The notes beneath the pieces are model-generated. The model did no database searches, was not told where the DNA came from, and worked only from the letters and a program-made list of their open reading frames with translations. A stretch of DNA of 63,928 nucleotides, the filler included, from Psammoneis japonica (Eukaryota), in assembly GCA_008632985.1 (NCBI GenBank). It is 4 parts of 4 records of this genome, joined end to end, with 100 filler letters (N's around TTAATTAATTAA, not from the genome) between each part and the next. Parts side by side here need not be neighbours in the genome. Positions count along the whole stretch, not along the records: positions 1 to 16,246 come from QPGO01000484.1; positions 16,347 to 32,388 come from QPGO01000486.1; 2 more parts are not named here. One strand, written 5' to 3'. A program made the translations under genes and the position numbers. Of this stretch, positions 13,151 to 24,808 are shown in pieces. Numbering within the stretch: position 1 is the first letter of the stretch; every line of letters begins with the position of its first letter.

Positions 13151-13949
13151 GCATTTGAAAGGCAGGAATCCCATGGCAAAAGCAACAAAAGTTGTCCACA
13201 TTTTACACTCTGTGACTGTGATGTGCTGGAAAGGCAATGCTCTGCGCTTTTGGGCTTTCAATTGCACAACAATGCCAGCAAAGTCCCAAAGAGCAACAGA
13301 AAGTCTTGTCGCCAGATCCCGGTCAAGATTTCCTCAAGTTCTTTGCTCATTTTGAAATGTTGCGCAGCACTTGGTGCCATCAAAATTTTCAGTGGAGTCA
13401 ATTAGAAAGGCTGCAATTGTTGCTTTTTTGCTGTTGTCCTCAAGCACATTGCAGAGACAAGTGGCTGGGACACTTTCTTGCTGTTGTCAATCTTTGCCTG
13501 CTCCCTCTTCTTTCTTGAGGAAGGAGACACAAGCTTGTTTGTCTTTGGGTTGTTGACAAGCAACAGTTTGAGTTGGGGAACTTTCTTGCTCTTTATTTTT
13601 TGCACTCATTGAGGAGGTTTGTCATTGCTGCTGTTGCGTGACAAGGGGCAATCAAGAAGCAATGGCTCAGTGCCTTTGTGTCAGGTCATTGAGCTGTTTG
13701 GGCAGAATCAACAAAACAAGAGACGGTGTGCTGACAGGTCTTGTTGGCTGACTCCTTGATTTTGGCTTGCAGCGCTGCGGGGCTGGAGCTTTGCTTTTTT
13801 AGATGAGAGTTGCTGGGTGTGCTGTCAAACATTGTGAGGCAGCAGAAAGCCCACACAGATGTTGCAGTGGAACCCATGTGGCTTTTGATTTTGGCTGTTT
13901 TCCAGCTCAGGTGCCCACCTCCATTGTTGTTGTCATTGAGCTGTCCTCT

Positions 13950-14228
13950 GTCAAGTGGAGTCTCTTGTGGACAGTCTGTGAGACAGAGCAGAGTTGGCAC
14001 AGGCACAAAGAATGACCATGCTCTGTCACTGCTGCACAGATCAAAATTTCACTTGTGATGTTGGCGACACTGGAGATCTTCATTGCAAGTGGAGCCTCTT
14101 GTGGACTGTCTGCAAGACAGAGCAGAGTTGGCACAGGCACAAGGAGCAACCATGCTGCTCTTTCACTGCTGCACAGAGATCAAAATTGCACTTGTGATGT
14201 TGGCAGCATTGAAGACCACCTTCATTGC
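13950..14228. repeat. Imperfect tandem duplication, unit about 134 bp
   Basis: caagtggag(t/c)ctcttgtggac...gagcagagttggcacaggcacaa...cacttgtgatgttggc occurs at about 13952 and 14086. Confidence 0.8.
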
Positions 14229-15457
14229 ATGGAGAGCAACAGAGTTGGTGAAGGACACCAGCTCCTGTGACAGCAGTGTGCTTGGCAATGATGCAGGAGC
14301 AGCAGCAAGTGACAAAGCTGTGGCACAACATTGTTCGCTCCCGCCCATCCAAACAATGGGTGTGTTGCTGTGGCCAGTTTGCAGGTTGGGGATGAGGTGA
14401 GCCACAAGGCAGTGGAAATGGAACATGAAGGCTTTGGCACCTGTGAGAGCCACAGTTGGTGAGAAAAAGTTGGCTCACTGCACACAGCGCCACTGTGCAG
14501 TGGAGTTGTCACTCCCAAGTGTGAGAACACCCAAAACAGGTTGAAAATCCAAAGTCCCACAGAGCAACTCCACCGCTGTGTTGTGCACCATGCAACTGTG
14601 AAGTGTGCATTGTGAAAAATGCATCCATCCTCAGATCTGTTTTGCACAAGAGGCGCAACCACAGTGCAGCCAATGACCGCCATGATGTCATGCACAAAGT
14701 GGCCACAGCTCTGGAAAAATGCTCGTGCCTGGTGGTGGCAATGGAGGGCAGCATGATGAGCTTTTGAGCAACCCTTTTGCCAAGATTTTGACAGGCAAGC
14801 AGAGCACTGCAGTCTGTGCAAAAACATGTTTTTTGCAGTGCCCGAGTGCCAGGACGAGGTGCCCAAAGCTCACGCCACCTTCACAATGGTGGGTCCACCA
14901 GGCCAGCCACCACTTGGGTGGTTGCTTGGCCTCTGGGCCCCTTTGAGGTTTTCATCCCCCACAGGGGAGTTTTTCACGTGTCATGCACTCCTCCGCTTGG
15001 GTGTGTGATGAAGTGTCTGCAGATGGTCAGCACCATTTTGTGGAGCAAATCCAGGTGCAAACAGACAGAGAGGTGGTGTGGGGTGCACTCCAGTTCATCT
15101 CAGTCACTGCTCTTGGATGTGGTGAGTGCAGCAGGATTTGTTTGGATCATGGCAATGCGGTGCTCTTTCTGCATTTCTTGTCAATTCCAATTCATTGTTT
15201 GGCATGTCCCACAATGGCGCACATTGTGCCTTTTCTTGTTGCAGCAAAGAGCAAGCAAGCAATGCACCATGCTGACGTCATTCGTCTGCTTCCAAAAAAA
15301 GGAAAAACGAGAACTCTGACGTAAAAACTCACGATCACAAACCCTTGCGTGACTCGATTGAAACACAATGCAATTGCACAGAAAAGAAATGTTCGGGGGG
15401 AATTTGTCATCATTTCTCGCTGCAAATGGTTTCGACAGACACACATTTGTGATGATG

Positions 15458-16246
15458 ATGGTGATTCATTGTTTGCCCTGCTTCTTGATGCTTCTCTTGG
15501 TTTTTCCGTCGAGCATGGGTCAACTCCCAAGTGGTGATGACTTGATCTTCAGAGTGGGCAGCTGCAGCTCCTCCACAGCATGCCTTGATGCCAAAAACAC
15601 AACAGCAGGAAACAATTCATGCACTGGCGTGCTTGCTTGCAATTCGGCATCCAACATGATTGCAAATGACAGGACCTGCAAAGGCAAACAGGCTTGCTCA
15701 AACCCAGACAATTCCGTGGTGGAAAGTCAATCTTGCAAACATCCTGCTGCTTGTGTCAATGTGGGACACTCCATCATAAAGGCCAGCTGTTGCAACTGCG
15801 AGTGCTCACGTCAATGGCTTTTTGAAACGATGATTGGAAGGGGCTCCTGCAAAGCTGAAGATGGCTGTGGTTTGATTGAGCACTCGACCATTGACTCAGG
15901 TTCTTTCATTGGCTGTGGGTCCTGTGAAAGGATGCGCTGGGTGACAACTGGCAAAAATGGCTGCATTGGTTCAGGCACTTGCATGGATCTCTCTTCAACA
16001 AAGGCAAATGATGGCTCCTGCATTGGCAGCACAGCTTGTGAGGAAATTTTCGATGGAATTGTCAAAAGCGACAGCTGTGTCGACAACAACGCCTGTTGAC
16101 ACCAGCTCCTGTCACTTGCAGAAAACGAGTCATGCCATGCAAAAGGTTTGTGCGGTGAAATTGACAATGCTGTTGTTGGACCTGACAGTTGCTGCAAAAG
16201 AGGATCCTGTCAACAAGTCTCCCACATCACAGTTTGCACCCACAGC
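15458..16246 (+). pseudogene. Secreted Cys-rich repeat protein (xGxxSCxGxxAC-type repeats), degraded
   Basis: Hydrophobic leader followed by ~20-aa repeats (GNNSCTGVLAC, GRGSCKAEDGC, DGSCIGSTAC). In-frame TGA at 16097-16099. Nearly TpA-free. Confidence 0.6.
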
Positions 16247-16346
16247 NNNNNNNNNNNNNNNNNNNNNNNNNNNNNNNNNNNNNNNNNNNNTTAATTAATT
16301 AANNNNNNNNNNNNNNNNNNNNNNNNNNNNNNNNNNNNNNNNNNNN
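16247..16346. other. Artificial scaffold spacer
   Basis: N-run + TTAATTAATTAA + N-run, 100 bp; the same spacer recurs twice more. Confidence 0.95.
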
Positions 16347-18923
16347 AAGTGCATCGTCTCGCAGAAAAAAGCGTCCTGATCTCCGAGTTCAAAAAGAGCA
16401 AAGTGCATCGTCTCGCAGGAAAAAGCGTCCAACTCGTTCCGGCAGCTCGAAAGAAAAAGGACAACCAGCGCAAACTGGATCATCAGCAATTGCTTCAAGT
16501 GGTCACAATGACAGTGCTGAAAGAGAACGGGGCGTTAAGGACGAGACGCAAAATACAAGCGAATATCATAGCCGCACCAGTCGGGAGAGGTCCGTCAACA
16601 GCACAGCCACAGCAAGCCTTGCGCTATCGGCTGCCGCGTATGTCGCGCCAGATGCTTTCACAGTGACGTCTGGAGACCAAGCTGCACAACCCGAAGAACC
16701 GGACAGAGATGACCGCGTCACAGTTACTTCAGATTCCAACAAAGTGATGGAGATGGATCCAGCACAAGTCGTAGAGGCGGTTCCTGCTACTTCTGATGGT
16801 GGTGGTGGCGGACAGAATGAGAAAGCAAATGACACAACGCGAATTAGTGACGAGGATGAGAATGCTGAAGATGAGCTTCATCGCAAGTACCTTCGCAAAC
16901 GATTCATTATTCCGGGCGTTGTATTGTTGGCGATTGCAGCGATTGTCAGTATTGTTGTTGCAGTAAAGCCGTGGGACACAGGTGGTGGAGGGAGCCCCAC
17001 TTTCCCCCCTACTGTTTCCCCTACTGTTGCACCCGCCACAGAGACTACCGAACGAGCCACCGGTTTGGTCATGAGTTTGATTGGTATTGATACCGAGTTT
17101 GATGAAAATGATTCCGAGTTGTGGGCTACGGCAACCAAAGCATTCGTCGAGGATTATTACAACACTCGTCGTCGTCGTCGTGGCCTTGGCTATCTCCAGA
17201 CCCCTCGTATATTACAAGTATCGAATATACAGAATGTCGAGACGTCTTTGGATGTTACTAACACCATTGTGGTTGAAGATGGCAATGGTGGAGAACCATC
17301 CCTTCGAGTCACATACAACCAAGCTATCACGTATACTTTTGAAGACAGCAGCAACGAAAACATTTCCATGGATGCCATGGTGACCGAACCATTCAAGACG
17401 TCTGATAGTCGATCGGCCTACCAAAAAGACCTCCAGGCGGCGGGCACCAGTGCTGGAAGCAACATTTTTGACAATTTGATTGGCACTAGTGAAGTTTCAA
17501 CCAGCACAGCTGCTCCGACACCGTCACCTACAAATAGCATTCCAATTACGGAACTACCAACACAAGATCCCGCGTCGCCACCGTCGACTCCGGGTCCAAC
17601 GACTCTCAATCCAACATCGTTGCCGACGACAAACCCTACTCCTCGTCCAACTCTCAATCCAACACCTCGTCCTACACTCAATCCAACGCCTCGTCCAACT
17701 CTCAATCCAACTCCACGCCCCACTCCATCACCAGCTCCAACAACACCCAATCCCACCAGTGGTGGTGGCAGNTGCATGGCAAAGATGCAAATGATCTTTT
17801 TGGCAATTCCGCAGGCTTGTCTTGTGATGGCAGTGTCATTGCCATTGGAGCGCAGCAATGGACCTTTTCTTCCAATCCCGGCTGTGTTGTTGTCAATCAG
17901 TGCAATTTGAGCACCCAACAATGGACCCAAATTGGCCAAGAATTGATTGGACAAGATGGCGGTGATGGTTTTGGCAAGTCTGTTTTGTTGAATGGCAGTG
18001 GTGCAATTCTTGCCATTGGTGCTGACAGGAATGACAGTGGTGGTGAGGATGCCACCATGTGCTTGTGTTTGAATGCAACTTTGGCTCAAATCGTTGGGAT
18101 CAAATTGGCAGCGACATTCTTGGACAAGGTGCCATTCATCAATTTGGCTTTTCCGTGTTGCTGTCGGAAGCAGGACACATTCTTGCCATGGGAGCTGCCA
18201 CGAAAAATGGCGTGGGCTCTGGATCAGTTCAATTGTTTCAATGCAACCGCAACACATCATCCTGGCATCAACTCAGACAATCACTCATGGGTCAATCCAT
18301 TGATGATCAATTTGGCTTTTCCGTTTCCTTGAATGTGCAGGGAACCATTGTTGGTGTTGGAGCCAACAGAAATGATTCGGGTGGAAGCGATGCGGGCCAA
18401 GTGTCGGTGTTTGAATGCAATTCTGCTCGTCAAATGGGATGTTGGGCATCCAATCAATGGACAAGTTGTTGATGGTTGGTTTGGATCTTCTGTTTCTCTT
18501 GATGACAGTGGTTTGATTGTGGCCGCAGGTGCACGTGGAAGCAACGAGAGAGTTTTGGTTCATTCGCACGACCGCTTGACATCGACATGGAATCAACATG
18601 GCCAAATTCTCTTGACATCACAGCCTTGGAATGTTTTTGGTTGGTCCGTGTCGTTGAGTGGCAATGGAAACGTCCTTGGCGGCGGAAGCATTTGCATGAC
18701 GTCAATGGATGTCCTGCGGGGTNNNNNNNNNNNNNNNNNNNNNNNNNNNNNNNNNNNNNNNNNNNNNNNNNNNNNNNNNNNNNNNNNNNNNNNNNNNNNN
18801 NNNNNNNNNNNNNNNNNNNNNNNNNNNNNNNNNNNNNNNNNNNNNNNNNNNNNNNNNNNNNNNGCTGATGTCAATGGCGACGATTCCGGATCCGCGTACG
18901 CATTCACGGTAAATGACAATTAG
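16347..18923 (+). CDS. 3' part of the MLKL-like receptor kinase gene: TM, ectodomain, Pro/Thr stalk and FG-GAP-like repeats (repeats degraded or gapped)
   Basis: 16347-17298 equals 31436-32388 except for one base. TM FIIPGVVLLAIAAIVSIVVAV; TLNPTPRP repeats; FGxSVSL...VGVGA...DSGGSDAGQVxVF repeats; ends DSGSAYAFTVNDN*. Confidence 0.7.
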
Positions 18924-19954
18924 AAAATGTATTTTGCGCTACATCCTCTTGTATCAATCACACTGTATTTTTTGTAGTTTAGTTCATTTGGTAGACCGTA
19001 CATTTGCGTCGTTTGGCTCGTGTCATTGTGTGCTGTTTTTCGCGTTTGTTCCAAAAATCAAAAAAGTCTGTCTGTCGTGCGATTCCGCTAGTCTATCACG
19101 AACCACACATCACACACACACACATCACACATCGGCTCGCGGTCTTGAACAACCATGACGCTATCAACAGCACTACGAATCATCATGTAACAACAACAAC
19201 AACGATGTCATAACGTTTGGAGGATTATCCGCCTCGTGAGTAGAACACATCAACAATGAGAGTTGTTTTGAACAAACTGTGTTGTTGTTGCATGAGTCGA
19301 ATGCTGCCGCTTGTGAAAATCATTGACACGCTGCTGCTGCCACGCACGCTACAATATTGTTGTTGTACATGTCTACGCACTCTCATACTCATCACTCCTT
19401 CTCTTTCACACNNNNNNNNNNNNNNNNNNNNNNNNNNNNNNNNNNNNNNNNNNNNNNNNNNNNNNNNNNNNNNNNNNNNNNNNNNNNNNNNNNNNNNNNN
19501 NNNNNNNNNNNNNNNNNNNNNNNNNNNNNNNNNNNNNNNNNNNNNNNNNNNNNNNNNNNNNNNNNNNNNNNNNNNNNNNNNNNNNNNNNNNNNNNNNNNN
19601 NNNNNNNNNNNNNNNNNNNNNNNNNNNNNNNNNNNNNNNNNNNNNNNNNNNNNNNNNNNNNNNNNNNNNNNNNNNNNNNNNNNNNNNNNNNNNNNNNNNN
19701 NNNNNNNNNNNNNNNNNNNNNNNNNNNNNNNNNNNNNNNNNNNNNNNNNNNNNNNNNNNNNNNNNNNNNNNNNNNNNNNNNNNNNNNNNNNNNNNNNNNN
19801 NNNNNNNNNNNNNNNNNNNNNNNNNNNNNNNNNNNNNNNNNNNNNNNNNNNNNNNNNNNNNNNNNNNNNNNNNNNNNNNNNNNNNNNNNNNNNNNNNNNN
19901 NNNNNNNNNNNNNNNNNNNNNNNNNNNNNNNNNNNNNNNNNNNNNNNNNNNNNN

Positions 19955-20390
19955 CCTGTTGGATATCATACAGTGAACAAGTAGCGGGTGGAACGGGCTT
20001 GTTGGAAACTGCTGTGGTGGGACAAGAAGAAAAAGCGCGATGAGGAAATCAACATCCAATTGAAGGGGGAGACACGGCTCTGGGTGCTACTACTATTACT
20101 GCTACTTCTACTACGAACTATATAACAACAACGACGCGGATGACAATGACTTTGGAAACCATGGCGGCGCCTGTTGGATATCATACAGTGAACAAGTAGC
20201 GGATGGAACGGGCTTGTTGGAAACTGCTGTGGCGGGACTAGAAGAAAAAACTCGATGAGGAAATCAACATCCAAACAACCACAACCGAAGGGGGGTGCAC
20301 GGTGCCGGTACTGCTACTACTACTACTACTGCTACTGCTGTACGAACTATATAACAACAATGACACGGATGATTATGACTTTGGAAATGT
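19955..20390. repeat. Imperfect tandem duplication, unit about 215 bp, with (CTA)n tracts
   Basis: cctgttggatatcatacagtgaacaagtagcgg occurs at 19955 and 20170. Confidence 0.8.
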
Positions 20391-20728
20391 CGATATCTTT
20401 GTTTCGACCATTCCATCGACACCCGTCAATATTAACGATGACAACGACAAGAAGGATGACGAAGAGTATTAGTAGTATCAACAATGGCACTAATAACAAT
20501 GGCGCGGTGGTGGAAATATCATTTCATCCTATGGAGACTTGAAAGCACGATTTGCCGATAAACTCAACAAAAAAAAGGGACCGCTTGGCTGCTTGTGGGA
20601 TGTCTTTGTTCCTCCCTAATACTACTGCGAATAATAAGGACAAGGACAATGAAAACTACAATGACCTTGGAGATGCCGATAGAGGAAGGGGTTCCTTTGA
20701 TACCACATGCGTGGCGGAATATAAAAAT

Positions 20729-21636
20729 GTACAATTGCAAGAACGAAACTGAATCCTCGAGACGGTTGGGAAGCGATGGAGGATGAATTCATGAATCTGA
20801 GCGCTGCTCCGACTCGACTGTTGTTGCAAATAATATATTGTCGGCCTATACTGTGCAACCCGTCTGGAAGACACTCTCTGCTATGGGGTGTTTGTCTTGG
20901 AATCGGTAGAGCCTGAACCATGGTCTCTCAAAATTCAAACTCCTGTCTCGGCAAACAATGCAGGCACGGTGGAGCAAGCGTACTGGATGCAACGAACGAT
21001 TCGTGACGTGGTCTTGGAATTTCTGCGCTCTCTTCATTTCGCCAGATGCTTTTTTTGGATTTCCAAGAAACTCTCTAGACTGACTGCTCTCCACTCTCTA
21101 GCTGTAGCTCTAGAGATCCCTACATAAAGAGTAACACGTCCCCAGCTGCTAGTAGAGCCACTCTCTCACATGACAGTACAACTTGCAAGAACGAAACTGA
21201 ATCCTCGAGACGGTTGGGAAGCGATGGAGGATGAATTCATGAATCATGAGCGCTGCTCCGACTCGACTGTTGTTGCAAATGATATATTGTCGGCCTATAC
21301 TCTGCAACCCGTCTGGAAGACACTCTCTGCATTGCTAAGGAGTAGTTGTCTTGGAGTCGGTAGAGGCTGAACCATGGTCTCTCAAAAATTCAAACTCCTG
21401 TCTCGGCAAACAATGCAGGCACGGTGGAGCAAGCGTACTGGATGCAACGAACGATTCGTGACGTGGTCTTGGAATTTCTGCGCTCTCTTCATTTCGCCAG
21501 ATGCTTTTTTTGGATTTCCAAGAAACTCTCTAGACTGACTGCTCTCCACTCTCTAGCTGTAGCTCTAGAGATCCCTACATAAAGAGTAACACGTCCCCAG
21601 CTGCCAGTAGAGCCACTCTCTTGCACGACAGTACAA
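20729..21636. repeat. Near-identical tandem duplication, unit about 448 bp
   Basis: ttgcaagaacgaaactgaatcctcgagacgg...gacagtacaa occurs at about 20735 and 21183. Confidence 0.88.
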
Positions 21637-22149
21637 TAGAGAGAGAGAGTGCTTTGGATTTTAAGAGAGATAATAGAGGACGCACACAGCATGCTATGCT
21701 AGCTAGCTGCTTTCCGTCCCAGCTTCGTGGCACCACGTGTAAAAATTAACCCCCCATTTTTAACCAAATGCCCACCTCGATCGACTGGCAGTAACCAGAT
21801 ACGAAGTTCAGCACACTTTTGGGGGCCTAGAGAATGGGGGTGAACGTTAGTTACTAACTAACCAATCACTGAATGCTGACTTTGCACTTGCCCGTGTGAC
21901 AAAGGTGCACCACGAAAAGTTAGTTTTATTTTGAAATACCGAGATACCATGAACAACACATGCCCATTGCATTCTTGCAAGACATTGTTTTTTAAAGACT
22001 GGGAGACCGATGATGCTCATGTCTTGTGCACTTTGTAGCTCTGCTCTAGCTAGCTGGGGTCAAAGTCCAACTGTTTTTTTGGATCAACGATTCGATTCGA
22101 ATGGGTCGAATTTCATTCCCGAGTCGTCGTGACTCGTTCATACGGTGCG

Positions 22150-23400
22150 TGTCTAGTGTTTTCCAATCAACCAGTTCATGCTTGTACCAGTCCGGGAATC
22201 CGTCATGTTGATGGGTGAAGTGGATTTCGCTGTCGCCATGAAACCTGCATGCGGCAACCGCGGCATTCATGCCGGTTCCGCATCGCTTCCAGTCGCGGTG
22301 CCGCCACATGCCTGCAACTCTTTTTTTGTGGGAGCCTTGTTTGCCTGTAAAGCGCTGCTCAATCAGAGCTGTCATTGGACGTGCAACCGATTCGTTTGGG
22401 TTGCCGGGGCCGTGTGTGTCGTCACAGTGAATGTCCGCATACCGCGCAAGTCGGAGCTGATCGCCTCGCATCATGGTCTGGCTGCAGCTGGTCCGTGCCA
22501 CCGCCAAGTTCTTCCAAGCTGCAGACTGAACAACGCAGTTCAAAATTTTGTCCTCAGCAATGCGAGATAGAGCATCCGCAGGCAGCTTGTCGTGAGCTGA
22601 TGCAAACTCAGTGAGCAAATTTTGGGTGCATCGCTCCTTGTGTGCCACCAGAGCGACGTCAACTGCCTCTGATCTCACAACGAATTTTGGATTGGGAGGT
22701 TTGTGCTCCTCCCAAGATGAACAATGCTGCAGTGACCAAATGACATGCTTGGCCGACTTTGGCGTGACGTCTCTTTTTGACACTTTCCAAGAAGTGCCGG
22801 TCGACCTGGTCTGCGTCAAGTGAGGCGGCCCCGACAGAGCCGGCGATTCGTCCACCCATCTTTTGCATGCACTCCACTCAGTGACAAAGTGCCATCCACC
22901 TTGGGTGGTGTGATGGTTTGGGCCAACAAGTCTCCCATGGAGACTAGAGACACCATCGTGTGGGTCTCTTCTTTGCATTGTGACAGCCTCGAGGGATCGT
23001 TTTTGGGGTGCACCCACCTCACTGTCAAAAGAAAAGAGGTTTTTGAAATCAAACGCTCACTTGTGGCGGTCGACAAGTGGAGTCGTTTCGAAACATGTTG
23101 ACATTCGAGTGGGAAGAAAGAACATTTCGACAAGTGGATTTTGTGTCATGCCCTGTTCTGAAGGTTCTTGTCTTCACCAACCACAGGCCTGTCCGGGGTC
23201 CGGGAACCGGTTCCAGGGGTGGTTCCGGCGCCGGCCTCCTGCGGGCAGGAACTGCTGAGGACTCCCCCCGGATGGCTCGGTCAACCCGTGATGTCAGGGG
23301 AAAGCGTGCCCCCCAATCAGCGGTGGTTGTTCCTGCCAACCGAGGTCGCGCGACCCACCACTCGAGACTTGTGACTCAAAGTCACGAGCGCTCGTGCCAT
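22150..23400 (-). mobile_element. Crypton-like tyrosine recombinase (Ndc10 domain II-like) remnant, C-terminally truncated
   Basis: MMRGDQLR..YADI, GMWRHRDWKRCGTGMNA...CRF and FPDWYK follow the order of Crypton/Ndc10 motifs (RGE..R, RH.D...C..GA.A...RF, DWY). TpA-depleted. Confidence 0.6.
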
Positions 23401-24808
23401 TGAGACGACTCTCTCTCTCTCTCTCTCTCTAGAGTGGCCAGTGGCCTGCTCTCGCTCTCTCTGGAGGCAGAGCCAAAGCAGAGAACAGAGAGCAGGTCCA
23501 GAGAGCAGAGGCCACTGCTGTTGTTGCCATGGTGACTGCTGTTGCCATCTCTGCTGCTGTTGTGGCTCTGCCTCCTCTGCCAGTTTGCTGCTCTGTCATT
23601 GCACGAGCACTCACGAGCCATCGCATCCATGCCAAGCTCATCTCATCACTGTGTTGCATTGGTGACCACTCATTGCAGCTTTTCAAAGGCCACACTTGAC
23701 AAAAACCAGAGCTGTGCACTTTGTGAAGAAATGCTGCAGATGTTTGGTTGGCCAGCTGCAGATCCGCAGCACACCAATGTGAAACATGATGCTGGTCAAT
23801 TTCGGTTGACCCAGAGTTTTCAAACAAGCTGCCCATCACTTTTTTTTGCCTGGCTGCCCCCAACTCTGACTTTTCATTTTTGAGTCTCACTGCTGCTGGG
23901 TTTGTTTTGCACGTGGCTCCTTCAGTGTTTGCCAGTGCTTTGTCAAATCTTTCATGCCAGCCCTTGTTGGTGAGTTTCCTGCTTGAGCCTGGTTGGAGAT
24001 CCGGGATTCCAGGAAACACAGCCTTGTGCACTTGCAGCAAAATGTCCAAATCTTGATTTGTTGTGCCATTTGCACATGCCTTCCAAGCAGTGTCACATCA
24101 TCCACCCACGACTTCTTTGTTCTTGAATCTCAACCCACAAATTTGCCAGCATGTCTTGTTCTCTGATTTTTCACTTCAGCACAGCTCTCTCCAACTCAAA
24201 ACACTTTGCTGAGCACATCACAGTTGCTCTGTTGGAAGTCTCAAAAGGTCCCCTGGTGCCAAACTGGTGCAGCATCTCTTGCTTGGGCAATGGCAGCCCA
24301 GAGCTGGTCTTCAGCCATCTCATCACACTCGGTCACCACTGCAAGTCCAATCTCTTTGGCCAAAACTTTCTCTTGCACCACCACCTTTTTGCACTTCAAC
24401 ACAGTGGGTGCCAGAAATCTGGCTGCTGGCGGGTGGTGTCGCGACAAAGCAAAAGGCATGCTCCAATGTTTTGTGCACAGAGCTTCTGTTGTGATGGTCC
24501 AAAAAATGACAAATGTTCAGACACCCATGACACCCTGTCAATGTCATCGTCAGCTCCCGCGGGTTTTTGACAAGTTCTCCGTGCAGTGTCAGTTGTCACT
24601 GCGGTGATGGTCTGTGCGCTAATCCGGAGCACATCACTGCCATGCCAATTTCGAATGATTGCGGTTGATGATTCGTTCGATTCGAGTCCGGGTTCTGAGC
24701 TCACCGATCATGGATTTACCGCACTGGATGGAGCCGCGGCCGTCGCAAAACAACACCATGATGCCTCTTTACCTCTCTTGTTGATACTACTGTAATTGCA
24801 TTGTCATC

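Noticed and set aside
9300..15400. Dense overlapping Cys/His-rich, Tyr-free ORFs (also 50600-54700)
   Set aside because: Loss of TpA removes TAA/TAG stops and Tyr codons in all six frames, so these ORFs are by-products, not genes.
16291..16302. TTAATTAATTAA as a biological motif
   Set aside because: It is embedded in N runs and identical three times; an assembly linker.
17600..17725. 24-bp repeats (and the 54-bp repeat at 31412) as a CRISPR-like array
   Set aside because: In-frame coding repeats without spacers, in a eukaryotic context with no cas genes.
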